In this document: one piece after another, positions 26,830 to 36,490 of the stretch | Layout of the letters: every line of letters begins with the position of its first letter | How positions within the stretch are numbered: the first letter of the stretch is position 1 | NCBI GenBank assembly: GCA_017381715.1 | Contig: JAFOBR010000050.1 | Coordinates: 1 to 63,266 of the forward strand | Source of the DNA: Clostridia bacterium | Lineage (GTDB): Bacteria > Bacillota > Clostridia > Oscillospirales > CAG-382 | Length of the DNA stretch: 63,266 nt | Reading direction: 5' to 3' | Translations under genes and position numbers: made by a program | Notes under the pieces: generated by a model | Told to the model about the DNA's origin: nothing | Databases searched by the model: none | What the model saw: the letters and a program-made list of their open reading frames with translations, nothing else

Positions 26830-28392
26830 ATGAGATTAAAGACGGTTTTATGTATATGTATATTAATATGTGTTTCTTTGTCTTCGTGTGTATTTCTGCC
26901 TTTTGAAGATATATTGCAAAACAATAGATCAGAAGTTTCGAAAACGGAAAGCCTTGCGGAATTACCCGAAACATCTGAAAATTCAATCCCCAAATATTCA
27001 ACAGAGCCGGATACCGAGCCTGTTGCCTCTCCATATGAAACCTACGTTACCGCATACGAAAAAGTTGATTTTATCGAAAGCTTTGAAAAAACACTCGAAA
27101 CGAAGACAGTAGTTGAGTTTAACGGACAAAAAGAGTCCTTCTCTTCTACGATGAATCACAAAGCCACCGGGTATTTTTCCGATAACCCTTTAACTTATAT
27201 TACGTTTGTCACGCCCGATGATCCTGAAGGTGTGTCTTTCAGATTTACTTCGGGAACGGGTTATTTTGAAGATGGTAAGAGTAAGTTAAAATTTTCTTGC
27301 TCCTTTGAGGATTTCGAAGGCTTTGCATACAATTACATGTATCCGTACGATCCGGAGCAGGGAGAAGTCGATCTGTACGAGGTTTTTAAGGATAACGTAA
27401 CCGTTGTAGAAAACGAGAACGGTATGCAAGTTCATAAGGTCACAGGAGTAATTAAAGACGAAAAGATCAAAAAAGATCTGCTTGGCTCTACATATGTTTC
27501 GGCGGATACAGTCAGCGATGTTATTGTGGATATTACCGTTAATATAAACAAAGACCTTTATATTACCCTTTATAAAACCGAGTTGAAATTCAACATAACA
27601 GACAAAAACGGCGAATATCGTTATGAAGCTATGAACGCTTTCTCGTTTAGCCGTATAAACGAAGATTTCAATATAGCAATGCATATGCTCGGCTATGATG
27701 ATATCGGCTCTTTTGATTCCTTGTATGCTTTTGATGCTTATTATTCTCTTGATTCCTTGCCCGGTTATAAGGCTACTGCCACGCGCGACATTTATATTAC
27801 CGAGTCCGATTACGCTTGCCACGACGTTATTACCGACGTTTTGACTTGTATTCAGGGAGATAAAACCGTATTTGCCTCCGAAACCGTGTTTGAATATCTT
27901 ACGGACAATCTCAAATACGTTAACCGTTTTTACTATGAAGACGGCGTGTTTTACGAAAAATACGGAAATGAAACCTATGAAACCGATACAGGTGAGGATT
28001 TATCACCGTTGTACGCCTGGACCTATTACATTCTTTCTCCCAACTGCGGATATAATTACGTGCATACCGATAACGGCGACGGCACAGCTACTCTGGAGTT
28101 TACCTATACAGATGAATGTGTCAAGTTTATTGCCGCCAATTATGCCTATATTAATTACACCGAAGAGTATTACGATATGTTCAATAATCTGTTTCAGGTG
28201 TCTTCGGCAAAATGCAGAATAATCTACGATTTGGATACGTATGCACTTATTAATCATTCCTATGGTATCCAAGCTAAGTTTACCTACAATAACGAAACTA
28301 TTGAATTCGTGGAGATTTTCGAAACAGTGATCGAAACCGAGAATGTCTCCGTTCCCGCAAGAAACATATTTATCGGAACCTCTGATTTTTGA
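26830..28392 (+). CDS. Hypothetical lipoprotein, paralog A
   Basis: MRLKTVLCICILICVSLSSC lipobox; shares GYFEDGKSKLKFSC and DNGDGTATLEF blocks with the next gene. Confidence 0.75.
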   Translation: MRLKTVLCICILICVSLSSCVFLPFEDILQNNRSEVSKTESLAELPETSENSIPKYSTEPDTEPVASPYETYVTAYEKVDFIESFEKTLETKTVVEFNGQKESFSSTMNHKATGYFSDNPLTYITFVTPDDPEGVSFRFTSGTGYFEDGKSKLKFSCSFEDFEGFAYNYMYPYDPEQGEVDLYEVFKDNVTVVENENGMQVHKVTGVIKDEKIKKDLLGSTYVSADTVSDVIVDITVNINKDLYITLYKTELKFNITDKNGEYRYEAMNAFSFSRINEDFNIAMHMLGYDDIGSFDSLYAFDAYYSLDSLPGYKATATRDIYITESDYACHDVITDVLTCIQGDKTVFASETVFEYLTDNLKYVNRFYYEDGVFYEKYGNETYETDTGEDLSPLYAWTYYILSPNCGYNYVHTDNGDGTATLEFTYTDECVKFIAANYAYINYTEEYYDMFNNLFQVSSAKCRIIYDLDTYALINHSYGIQAKFTYNNETIEFVEIFETVIETENVSVPARNIFIGTSDF

Positions 28393-28412
28393 TTTAACGA
28401 AAGGAGTTAAAA

Positions 28413-29984
28413 ATGAAACAGTTTAAACTTTTGGCAATTGTGCTTTTGATTGCAATTCTGGCGACTGCGTGCGTCACAAAAATTCCCGAAGAAAGTACAC
28501 CCGTGAAAGACGCAAGCGGCACCGTATCCGAAGCATCCCCCGATGTATCCGTAGATGAAAACTCTGTTACCGATGAAAGCGATTCTGTTGTTCTCTCTGA
28601 GCTTTCTGCCGCGGAATTATATGAATATGCCGAACTTCTTACCGATGAGTACGTAAATTATACCATTGATACCGATATGGATATGCTTTCCACGGTTCAG
28701 GGCGAACAAAGCTCGTATTCTTCTAATTTCACGGTAAAAGTAAAAGATTCCGGTACTGATGAAGAAAAAGTAAGCATTGCGATAACAGACACTTCCGACG
28801 GAACAAACCTGATGATGTATTATCACAAAAATGTAGGCTATTACAGTGACGGTGTCAGCCGCCTCTCCTTCTCCTGTGATGCGGAGCAGTTTCAAGAGAT
28901 TGCGGTTTTTATCCGTTCAGGCAGGGAAGACAGCGATTTAAACGATGAATATTTGGTAGAAAACGCGGAGGTTTCGGTAGCAGAAAACGGAGATCTGATC
29001 ATCTGCTATAAAGATATTATTACAGATACAGTTCTGATAAAAGAAATATTCGGTTTTGCCGATGACGAAACGGTAACCATAAATAATATGGATATCGAAT
29101 GGACCTTTACTATGGATTCCAAAGGTCATCCCAAATCAGATCTTGCTGTTGTAAAATTTGATATGGTTCCCAATATAGAAGGAATAGGTGACTTCAATGC
29201 ATCGTCTACCATGACGGTATCCTGCACGTATAATATAAGTGATAACATAAATATCGTTATTCCCGATGTTGAGTATACTGATATCGGCGATTATAAGTCG
29301 CTTTACGTCACCGATTGTGTTGAAGTGCTGGAAAAAACCGATTACTACACAGCAAAAACTACCATTGATTATGATTGCACAGCTAACGGAGTTTCCGATA
29401 AGCTTAAGATGAATCTTGATTTTTATTACGATAATACGGATTCGCTTAAATTCGCAATGAAGGAGCAATATATAGTTGATGCTCAAAAAATTCTTTACAG
29501 CACGTATTTTGCAAACGGCGTCTACTCTTTAAACGACGGAACGGGAGTTAAGGAACAGGAAATAGACGAAATGTACTTTGATTCCGCAACTCTTGTGGAT
29601 TCCTGTATGCCTATTGATTTTGATTGGACATACGGCGAAAACTTTACTTACACCGATAACGGCGACGGTACCGCAACTCTCGCATTTAACTTCAGAAAAA
29701 ACATTGTTACCGAATTTGCAGATGCATTTGCACTTACAATGTACGGTCAGGAATATGCCGAATTTTTCAGCGGTGCCTCCTCGGTAACAGTTAAAAACGC
29801 TTCTGCCGAGCTTGTAGTTAATGTTGAAACTGGTATGATGATCGAATACAACTTTAATGTTGATGCAGCCTTCGTTATTGATAATATGACTGTAAACTTT
29901 AAAGAAAACACAGCTACCGCCATCAGCACGGAAACATATACTTTCCCGCTTAAAGGCGCTTTTCTCGGTTCTTCCGCAATGTAA
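28413..29984 (+). CDS. Hypothetical lipoprotein, paralog B
   Basis: MKQFKLLAIVLLIAILATAC lipobox; GYYSDGVSRLSFSC and DNGDGTATLAF blocks. Confidence 0.75.
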   Translation: MKQFKLLAIVLLIAILATACVTKIPEESTPVKDASGTVSEASPDVSVDENSVTDESDSVVLSELSAAELYEYAELLTDEYVNYTIDTDMDMLSTVQGEQSSYSSNFTVKVKDSGTDEEKVSIAITDTSDGTNLMMYYHKNVGYYSDGVSRLSFSCDAEQFQEIAVFIRSGREDSDLNDEYLVENAEVSVAENGDLIICYKDIITDTVLIKEIFGFADDETVTINNMDIEWTFTMDSKGHPKSDLAVVKFDMVPNIEGIGDFNASSTMTVSCTYNISDNINIVIPDVEYTDIGDYKSLYVTDCVEVLEKTDYYTAKTTIDYDCTANGVSDKLKMNLDFYYDNTDSLKFAMKEQYIVDAQKILYSTYFANGVYSLNDGTGVKEQEIDEMYFDSATLVDSCMPIDFDWTYGENFTYTDNGDGTATLAFNFRKNIVTEFADAFALTMYGQEYAEFFSGASSVTVKNASAELVVNVETGMMIEYNFNVDAAFVIDNMTVNFKENTATAISTETYTFPLKGAFLGSSAM

Positions 29985-29992
29985 ATAAGTTT

Positions 29993-30020
29993 AAAAACGG
30001 CACCTGTTAAGGTGCCGTTT
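29993..30020. terminator. Terminator hairpin between convergent genes
   Basis: ACGGCACC/TGTTAA/GGTGCCGT; the A-tract upstream gives a good T-tract for the minus-strand GH35 gene, weaker on the plus strand. Confidence 0.65.
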
Positions 30021-30034
30021 AATATTACATGTTT

Positions 30035-31774
30035 TTATCCCAGATCGTGTACGTCGGTAAATTCGATCACACAGTCGCTTACAGAATCGGTTTCAAAAAC
30101 AATAATTTCGTTTTTGCCTTTTTTAAGGAAAGGTGCAGGTATGTACAGTGTTTTCTGCGGTCCTCTTTCGTTATAATATCTGCCGATATTTATTCCGTTA
30201 ACGGAAATAAAACCGTGAGAAAAGCCGCTTGGCTTAAGGAAAGTATCACAAGGCTCATCGTTTATTTCAAGTGTACCCTTGAAAAACGCAGGCAATTGTG
30301 TACCGCTGTCATTAAGGTTGCCAAGCTTTCGCATATCAAGAGGGTAAATCTCCCAGCCAAACAAATGCTGAAGATCCAGCATAACCTTATTAAGACCCTT
30401 TTTGTCGCCTACATTCATACCGTAATTAACTCTGCCCATATTTTCGGTAAGAATATCAAGCGTATAAATATCAGATGTGTGTTCGTCGAGCCGTATATCG
30501 TCGGACAAATAACCGTTCTCGGCTTTTCCTATCCGCTTACCGTTAAGGTAAACTATTGCTCTGTCACGCATTCCGGGCATTGATAAGGGTTGGTTGTAAA
30601 AAGGTCCTTTAACTTTTGTACGGTAAAGGGTGTATCCGTAATCCTGCCCTATATCTTCCATATATTTCGGTGCGGGGAAACATAACTTTTTTGAAATGTT
30701 TTCAAGATTATTCCACAGATCACCGCAATGACTCAGTTTTAAGGTGCCGTACGCCTTTTTAACCGAATTTTTTACGGTGAGGGGAGGCAGAGTACCAAAG
30801 TGCTTTTCGTTCACTTCACGGAGCTTATAATAGCATTCTGTCAAATCACCCGCCTCGGAAAGCGGAGCGTAATAATCGTAGCTTGTTACTGTAGGATCGT
30901 ATTTTTCATGGTGATTTGCACCGTTCATAAAGCCGAAGTTTGTTCCGCCGTGGAACATATAAAAATTAATACTTCCGCCGAGTTTTAACAATCTGTCGTA
31001 ATTATCGGCAACGTCATCTGCGCTTCGGGCGTGTCTCTGTTCGCCCCAATGCTCAAACCAACCGCACCAGAACTCGCTGCACATAGGAGGCTGATCATTG
31101 CGGAATTGTTGGAGTACCTCAAAAGCACCTTCGGGATTGGAGCCGAAATTTACGGTAGCAAGCACATTGTCAACCGCACCGCCCTTGAGCATCCAATAAG
31201 AAGGACCGTCGGAAGTGCACAGCAGACAGGTGGCACCGTATTCAATATATTTGCTTTTTATCCATTCAAGATATTTTTTGTCATTACCGTAAGAGCCGTA
31301 TTCGTTCTCGATCTGCATCATCACGATATTGCCGCCGTTTTCTGCCATTCTGGGACGGGCTATCTCTAATATTTTTTCAAGGTAAACGTCTACCTTTCCG
31401 AGATAAGCTTCGTCATAACAGCGCAAAGCCATATTTGGATATTTGTGAAGCCAGTAGGGAAGTCCGCCGAATTCCCATTCAGCGCAGATATAAGGACCGG
31501 GACGGAGATACACATCCAGCCCTACAGATTTTGCTTCGTCTATGTATGCACCGAGATCCAGATTTCCGGTAAAATCGAAAACACCCTCTTCAGGCTCGTG
31601 CAGATTCCAACAAACGTATGTCTCTACCGTGTTAAAACCGCACTGGCGCAGTTTTTCAAGGCGGTCACGCCAGTATTCTCTGGGAATACGGAAATAATGC
31701 ATAGCGCCGGATAAAACGCGGTGTTCTTTTCCGTTTTTTAAAAACATATCGTTTTTGAAGCTCAAAACGCTCAT
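30035..31774 (-). CDS. Beta-galactosidase, glycoside hydrolase family 35
   Basis: QIENEYG acid/base and SEFWCGWFEHWG nucleophile motifs; ATG 31774 (GTG 31783 is possible). Confidence 0.9.
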   Translation of the reverse strand: MSVLSFKNDMFLKNGKEHRVLSGAMHYFRIPREYWRDRLEKLRQCGFNTVETYVCWNLHEPEEGVFDFTGNLDLGAYIDEAKSVGLDVYLRPGPYICAEWEFGGLPYWLHKYPNMALRCYDEAYLGKVDVYLEKILEIARPRMAENGGNIVMMQIENEYGSYGNDKKYLEWIKSKYIEYGATCLLCTSDGPSYWMLKGGAVDNVLATVNFGSNPEGAFEVLQQFRNDQPPMCSEFWCGWFEHWGEQRHARSADDVADNYDRLLKLGGSINFYMFHGGTNFGFMNGANHHEKYDPTVTSYDYYAPLSEAGDLTECYYKLREVNEKHFGTLPPLTVKNSVKKAYGTLKLSHCGDLWNNLENISKKLCFPAPKYMEDIGQDYGYTLYRTKVKGPFYNQPLSMPGMRDRAIVYLNGKRIGKAENGYLSDDIRLDEHTSDIYTLDILTENMGRVNYGMNVGDKKGLNKVMLDLQHLFGWEIYPLDMRKLGNLNDSGTQLPAFFKGTLEINDEPCDTFLKPSGFSHGFISVNGINIGRYYNERGPQKTLYIPAPFLKKGKNEIIVFETDSVSDCVIEFTDVHDLG

Positions 31775-31840
31775 TATATTCACAACCTTTATGTAACTTT
31801 TTTTGAGAGTCTAACATTTATAATCCTTTTTGTCAAGGTA

Positions 31841-31869
31841 TTGAAAAAATATATAAAATATTGTATAAT
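31841..31869 (+). promoter_or_regulatory. Sigma-A type promoter
   Basis: TTGAAA 31841-31846, 17 nt, TATAAT 31864-31869; this is why the ORF start at 31841 is rejected. Confidence 0.55.
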
Positions 31870-31897
31870 AATATATCAAAATATTAAGGATATATTC

Positions 31898-32962
31898 ATG
31901 AACCGTAATTCTAAAAATGCTTTTTTAAGAAAAAAGCTCAGGCGTATATGGAGCATACCTATTGTACGTATAATTTCCGTACTGCTTGGTATTGCCATTG
32001 TAGCCGTATCGCTTATTTCAGTTTTTAATAAAAACGCCGAGCCTGCAGAGGAATCCTTGTTAACCGACATTTCCGAAGCTGAGTCCGCGAACATTCCCGA
32101 AAGCGTGCCCGAAGAGGTTTCCGAAGAACCCGTTATCGCGCTTCCCACACCTTGGCGTTTTACAGGTGCGGATAATTTAAATTCTGTAATTGCATCGGAT
32201 TACGGTATTATCATCAACGCTACCACGCGTCAGGTACTGGGCGGCAAAAACTATACACAGCGAATATATCCCGCTTCAATGACCAAAATAATGACGCTTA
32301 TCGTTGCTGTGCAAAGCGACGTGCATATTAATACCGAATATTTGATGGATTACCGTCTTATAAACAAATATTACCTCGCCGGAGCCAGTATGTCGGGTAT
32401 TTTGGCAGGGGATACGGTTACATTTAAAGATCTGCTATACGGTGCGGTATTGCTTTCTGCTGCGGATGCAACTGCCGCAATAGCGGAAATGGTTGCGGGC
32501 AGTGAGGAAGAATACGTTAAGCTTATGAACTCCACGGCTGCCGAAATAGGCTGCTCCGACTCTCATTTTACGAATACCAGCGGTTTATATGATACTGCTA
32601 ATTATTCCACGCTCGGCGATATAGCACTTATGCTGGATTATGCTATGTCCATTCCTCTTGCACGTGAAATTCTTTCCACTGCGGATTATACCACTCCGCC
32701 GACCGATAAAAATCCGGAAGGTTACTACTTTTTCAGCACCATGTTTACGAGGATAGACCACGATTCCGTTCCGGGGATGACAGTTCTCGGCGGGAAGACG
32801 GGATATCTCGCAGAAACAAAACATTGTCTTGCCAGTATGGCTGTGGGCGATAACGGAGAAAAATTCATCGTCGTTACCGCCGGCGGTGCAAAATATGATC
32901 CTATTGACGATTGCATTGATCTATATACCCGATATTATGGAGAAAGCAGTGAAACAAGATAA
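31898..32962 (+). CDS. D-alanyl-D-alanine carboxypeptidase (S11 serine peptidase), membrane-anchored
   Basis: SxxK (PASMTKIM), KTG (GGKTGYL), N-terminal TM helix; ATG 31898 after AAGGA. Confidence 0.85.
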   Translation: MNRNSKNAFLRKKLRRIWSIPIVRIISVLLGIAIVAVSLISVFNKNAEPAEESLLTDISEAESANIPESVPEEVSEEPVIALPTPWRFTGADNLNSVIASDYGIIINATTRQVLGGKNYTQRIYPASMTKIMTLIVAVQSDVHINTEYLMDYRLINKYYLAGASMSGILAGDTVTFKDLLYGAVLLSAADATAAIAEMVAGSEEEYVKLMNSTAAEIGCSDSHFTNTSGLYDTANYSTLGDIALMLDYAMSIPLAREILSTADYTTPPTDKNPEGYYFFSTMFTRIDHDSVPGMTVLGGKTGYLAETKHCLASMAVGDNGEKFIVVTAGGAKYDPIDDCIDLYTRYYGESSETR

Positions 32963-33002
32963 AGCGAGACGGTCCGGTGATCTTAAAAAAAGTTTGATAT
33001 TT

Positions 33003-33722
33003 CTATTCTGAAATAACTTCTGTCAGAACCGCGTGAACGATAATTCTTTTTTCTCCCAGCCCGAAGCTGCTTTCGCAGGTTACAAGGGTGAGCAGAGAGG
33101 GATTTTCTCCCGGTGCGGTGCCAAAATCAATAATAGATTTGTCTTTTCCGTCTTTGGCATATTTTTTCAGTTCTTCTTCGTTATCAAAAGCGGTTTTTAT
33201 ATATCCGTTACCGCTTTCGATATATGCGGCGTAGGGCTTGTATATTGCCAGCTTTCCGTTTGAATATATCTCTATATCGGCGTTTATGAATTTTTCGGGA
33301 TTTTTAAGATATGCAAACATGTTTCCCGAAGCCATGTTATGACCGTAAAGTATAATGTTTCTGTTTTCGGTTAAAGATGATTTTAACCTGTAATCAACGA
33401 TAATTGACCCGTTTTTATCGTAGGAACCGTCATAGGCTTTACGGACATAATATTCGTTATCTGTGGTAAGCAGCAGAGGATAGCTTATTTTCGTGCCCTC
33501 CACGTTTATCCAGCCGCAGATATCGGGATATTTATTTGCAAGATTTTCCATCATACCGCCGTAAATTTCGTATTTTTTGTTTGTGTTTTTCCCCGCTTCT
33601 CTTATTACCGGTAAATACTCTTGTGCGTTTACATGGTTTTTTCCGTTTAATAAAGCTGTGCTAAAAAAGCATAAAGCGGATATACAGAATGCTATGAGCG
33701 TAAACAAAACATATTTTTTCAT
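33003..33722 (-). CDS. srtB: Class B sortase
   Basis: NIILYGHNM and LLTLVTCESS (TLxTC) motifs, N-terminal TM helix; ATG 33722. Confidence 0.85.
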   Translation of the reverse strand: MKKYVLFTLIAFCISALCFFSTALLNGKNHVNAQEYLPVIREAGKNTNKKYEIYGGMMENLANKYPDICGWINVEGTKISYPLLLTTDNEYYVRKAYDGSYDKNGSIIVDYRLKSSLTENRNIILYGHNMASGNMFAYLKNPEKFINADIEIYSNGKLAIYKPYAAYIESGNGYIKTAFDNEEELKKYAKDGKDKSIIDFGTAPGENPSLLTLVTCESSFGLGEKRIIVHAVLTEVISE

Positions 33723-33774
33723 TAATAAATCACCCGGACATATTATATCCGAAAAAAGGGAAGTGATACTTAAA

Positions 33775-33969
33775 ATGAGCAGACTTGTAGGTACTCTTGT
33801 GCTTGACGGGGGCGAAACCGTAATTATCCGTTGGTCGGACGGCACGGAAACCGAAGCTAAATATATCGAAACCTACGGTTATACCAATCTTTTTGATGCG
33901 AACGGAAAAGAAATACGTTTATCCAACCACTTTATGCGTATGAAAGGGATAAAACTTTCTTTGAAATGA
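33775..33969 (+). CDS. Possible small hypothetical protein
   Basis: 64 aa ORF, weak RBS; the only non-overlapping part of ORF 33577..33969. Confidence 0.3.
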   Translation: MSRLVGTLVLDGGETVIIRWSDGTETEAKYIETYGYTNLFDANGKEIRLSNHFMRMKGIKLSLK

Positions 33970-33991
33970 CTTTTAGATTCAAAAAAAGTAT

Positions 33992-34031
33992 AAAAAACGA
34001 AAGAGTGGACTTATTTCAGTCCACTCTTTTT
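33992..34031. terminator. Bidirectional intrinsic terminator
   Basis: AAGAGTGGAC/TTATTTCA/GTCCACTCTT flanked by an A-tract and a T-tract. Confidence 0.85.
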
Positions 34032-34035
34032 AGTA

Positions 34036-36438
34036 TTATTTGCTGTTTTTCTTCTTTCTGTCTGCAATAACGATAATTGCGCCGGCAACCGCAAGTACAA
34101 TAACGCCTGCAACAGCGTATCCCCACGTGGGGAACGCAAATTCGGATGAATCGGTGTTGTCTTCGCTTGAATCATTTTCGGTAACCTGATTAAAGGTGCG
34201 GTGATTGTCCTTGTTGTTTACAACGATCTTTTTAAGCAGTTTGAAATCTTTTTCAAGCGCAGATGCGGCATTTTTATCGGAAACGGCGGGAATTTCATTT
34301 GCCAGCTTCAGGATATCCTGTCCGCTTGCGGAAAGCTTGCCGCTTTCCAGAACGGTAATAAGGGAATTAACCTTTTCCTTGAATTCGTTAAGCTTTTCCG
34401 CTTCGGGAATATCCTGCATAAGTTCAATTCTTTTTACTATAGCTTTAAGCTGTGCAAGAGTTGCGGCTTTGCAGTTAAAGGTAGGGGATAATGCGGGTGT
34501 TTTAAGAATGGTTGAAGCAATTTTATCTCCGTAATTTCCCGCAACGTATTGGGCGTAGGAGAAGAAGGCAAAACCGTCCGCTCCCGTGTATCTGCTTTCC
34601 AAAATTTGGTTTATAAAGGTTTCGGTACCGTAATCACCCAATCCAATATACGCAAATACGTCATCGCCGCAGGCTTCAACTGTATATCCGCCGTACATCT
34701 GTACTACGTTGGCGCCGTATGCCATGGGGAACGCCATGTTTATCAAGCCTTCCTCCATCCAAAACTTCGAGTTCTGCAGGTGGGATTCCTTGCTGTCAGC
34801 CAGATTTGGAGCAACGTCGCAGGAAACGGTGGTCATGGGGGAAAGTTTATTTGCAAGATCAACTATTTGTTTTACAAAGGACGTTACGTGGTTGCCGCGG
34901 TATTCAACCCACTCTTCCCACAGATCTCCGCCTTTGGAAAAATTAATGGGGTCTTTACCGTACTGCTTTTTGAATTCGTTTCTTGCGATTTCTGTATATC
35001 CGAAATCTTCGCCCGTTGCGAAGGGATAACGTATGTAATCGAGCTGAAGACCGTCAAGCTTATAGTTTTTGAGCAAATATTCATATACAGAAAGCAGATA
35101 TGCGCTCGCTTCTTTATTGGCAGGGTCTATAAAATATCCGTTGCCGTATTCGTTGGAAACGTAATCCACGCCTTTTTGACTCACACACAGCCACTGGGGC
35201 ATTTTGTAAGCAAGGCTTTCTTTGTAATAAGTACTGGTGGAATAGCTTACTCTGTAAACGGGAAGCCAGCCATGTAATTCCACACCTTGCAAAGCACATT
35301 CATCAATAAACGCCTGCAAAAGATCAAAGCCGTTAAGGGTGGGATTCTGAATAAAATATCCGTCCTCGGGCAGGGGACATATAAAGGTGCTGTCATAGAA
35401 AAGTTCAAGACAAATAATATTAAAGCCCATTTGCTTTATCTCCGAAATACGCTCAGCTACAGCGGCTTTGCTTGTAAGACCGGAGGGACGGAGCCACATT
35501 GCTCTGCCTTCAACAACGGGTGTTTCTTCAAGAAGGAGGTAAAGTGAATCGTAATAACGGTTAAAATTGTTTTCAAACACAACCGCTTTGGCAACGTTGC
35601 CGTTTTCCAGTCCTTCGCATACGCTATCATAATATCCGCGCAATTCTTCAATACGCTCTTCCGCAGCTTTATAATCTATCAAAAGATACTTTTCTTTTGC
35701 GTTTTCAAAGCGTTTTTCTGCATCTTCGAGCTTAATTCTTACGGATGCTTTCAGGCTTTCTTGGTTATATGCAAAGGTTATCGTCTTTTTGCTGTTGTCA
35801 ACCTTAACCTGCAAGCCCACAGCGGCAGCACCGTTAAGCTCTGCAATTCTGTCAGCTCCGACAGCGCTGATTACAAATCCGCCTTCAGGTATCTTGTTGT
35901 CGTTACCGCCAACGGAAATAATGAAGCCGTCTTTATCAACACAAGCTTCGTTACCCCAGATATTTGTACCTGTGCTTTCGCCGGTGTTATATATAACGAT
36001 TGTGTTTGCGGTTCGAGTACCATTGTATTTATCGAACTTAATAGACTTTTCAAAAAAAGGATTATAATTTTCGCCTGCAATTAAAATAACCGAATTTTCA
36101 AAATCAATAATGCAGTAATCGCCCTTTTGAATTTCCTTAAGTTTGTTTTTGTAGCGTTCACCTTTTGCGGCAATAACGTATCCGTTTTCGGAAATAGAAT
36201 TGTTGTTTCCGCCAACGGAAGCAACACAGCCATTTTCTACCACAACTTCGTAATATTCTTCATCGGTTCCGGTGGATTTTCCGTATTCGCTGTCAAGCAC
36301 GGTAATTCCGGTGGAAGAGAGTAATTTATTGTGCTGGTTGAACTTGATCTCGTTATCTTCGCTTTCCGCAAAGGAAACGATATTAATGCTTGAGAATATA
36401 AAAGTAAATATAAGCGAAAAAATAATTATTTTCTTCAT
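34036..36438 (-). CDS. Secreted, C-terminally membrane-anchored glycoside hydrolase-like protein (GHL10/DUF187 core)
   Basis: Signal peptide; duplicated N-terminal module (NGYVIAAKGER / GGFVISAVGADR); central AMWLRP...GFNIICLE...ELHGWLPVY TIM-barrel-like core; C-terminal TM helix plus DRKKKNSK. Confidence 0.7.
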   Translation of the reverse strand: MKKIIIFSLIFTFIFSSINIVSFAESEDNEIKFNQHNKLLSSTGITVLDSEYGKSTGTDEEYYEVVVENGCVASVGGNNNSISENGYVIAAKGERYKNKLKEIQKGDYCIIDFENSVILIAGENYNPFFEKSIKFDKYNGTRTANTIVIYNTGESTGTNIWGNEACVDKDGFIISVGGNDNKIPEGGFVISAVGADRIAELNGAAAVGLQVKVDNSKKTITFAYNQESLKASVRIKLEDAEKRFENAKEKYLLIDYKAAEERIEELRGYYDSVCEGLENGNVAKAVVFENNFNRYYDSLYLLLEETPVVEGRAMWLRPSGLTSKAAVAERISEIKQMGFNIICLELFYDSTFICPLPEDGYFIQNPTLNGFDLLQAFIDECALQGVELHGWLPVYRVSYSTSTYYKESLAYKMPQWLCVSQKGVDYVSNEYGNGYFIDPANKEASAYLLSVYEYLLKNYKLDGLQLDYIRYPFATGEDFGYTEIARNEFKKQYGKDPINFSKGGDLWEEWVEYRGNHVTSFVKQIVDLANKLSPMTTVSCDVAPNLADSKESHLQNSKFWMEEGLINMAFPMAYGANVVQMYGGYTVEACGDDVFAYIGLGDYGTETFINQILESRYTGADGFAFFSYAQYVAGNYGDKIASTILKTPALSPTFNCKAATLAQLKAIVKRIELMQDIPEAEKLNEFKEKVNSLITVLESGKLSASGQDILKLANEIPAVSDKNAASALEKDFKLLKKIVVNNKDNHRTFNQVTENDSSEDNTDSSEFAFPTWGYAVAGVIVLAVAGAIIVIADRKKKNSK

Positions 36439-36490
36439 AAAGCACCTCCGTGTATTTAATTATAACACATGATATATCGTTGTCAAGGCA

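Noticed and set aside
33577-33774. Upstream two-thirds of ORF 33577..33969
   Set aside because: It overlaps the sortase B N-terminus on the opposite strand. Only the distal 64 codons are free, and even those have a weak RBS.
34036-34170. C-terminal tail of the 800 aa GHL10-type protein as a bona fide sortase signal
   Set aside because: A hydrophobic helix and basic tail are present, but no LPxTG, NPxTN or [SP]PxTG pentapeptide. It is kept only as a low-interest check.
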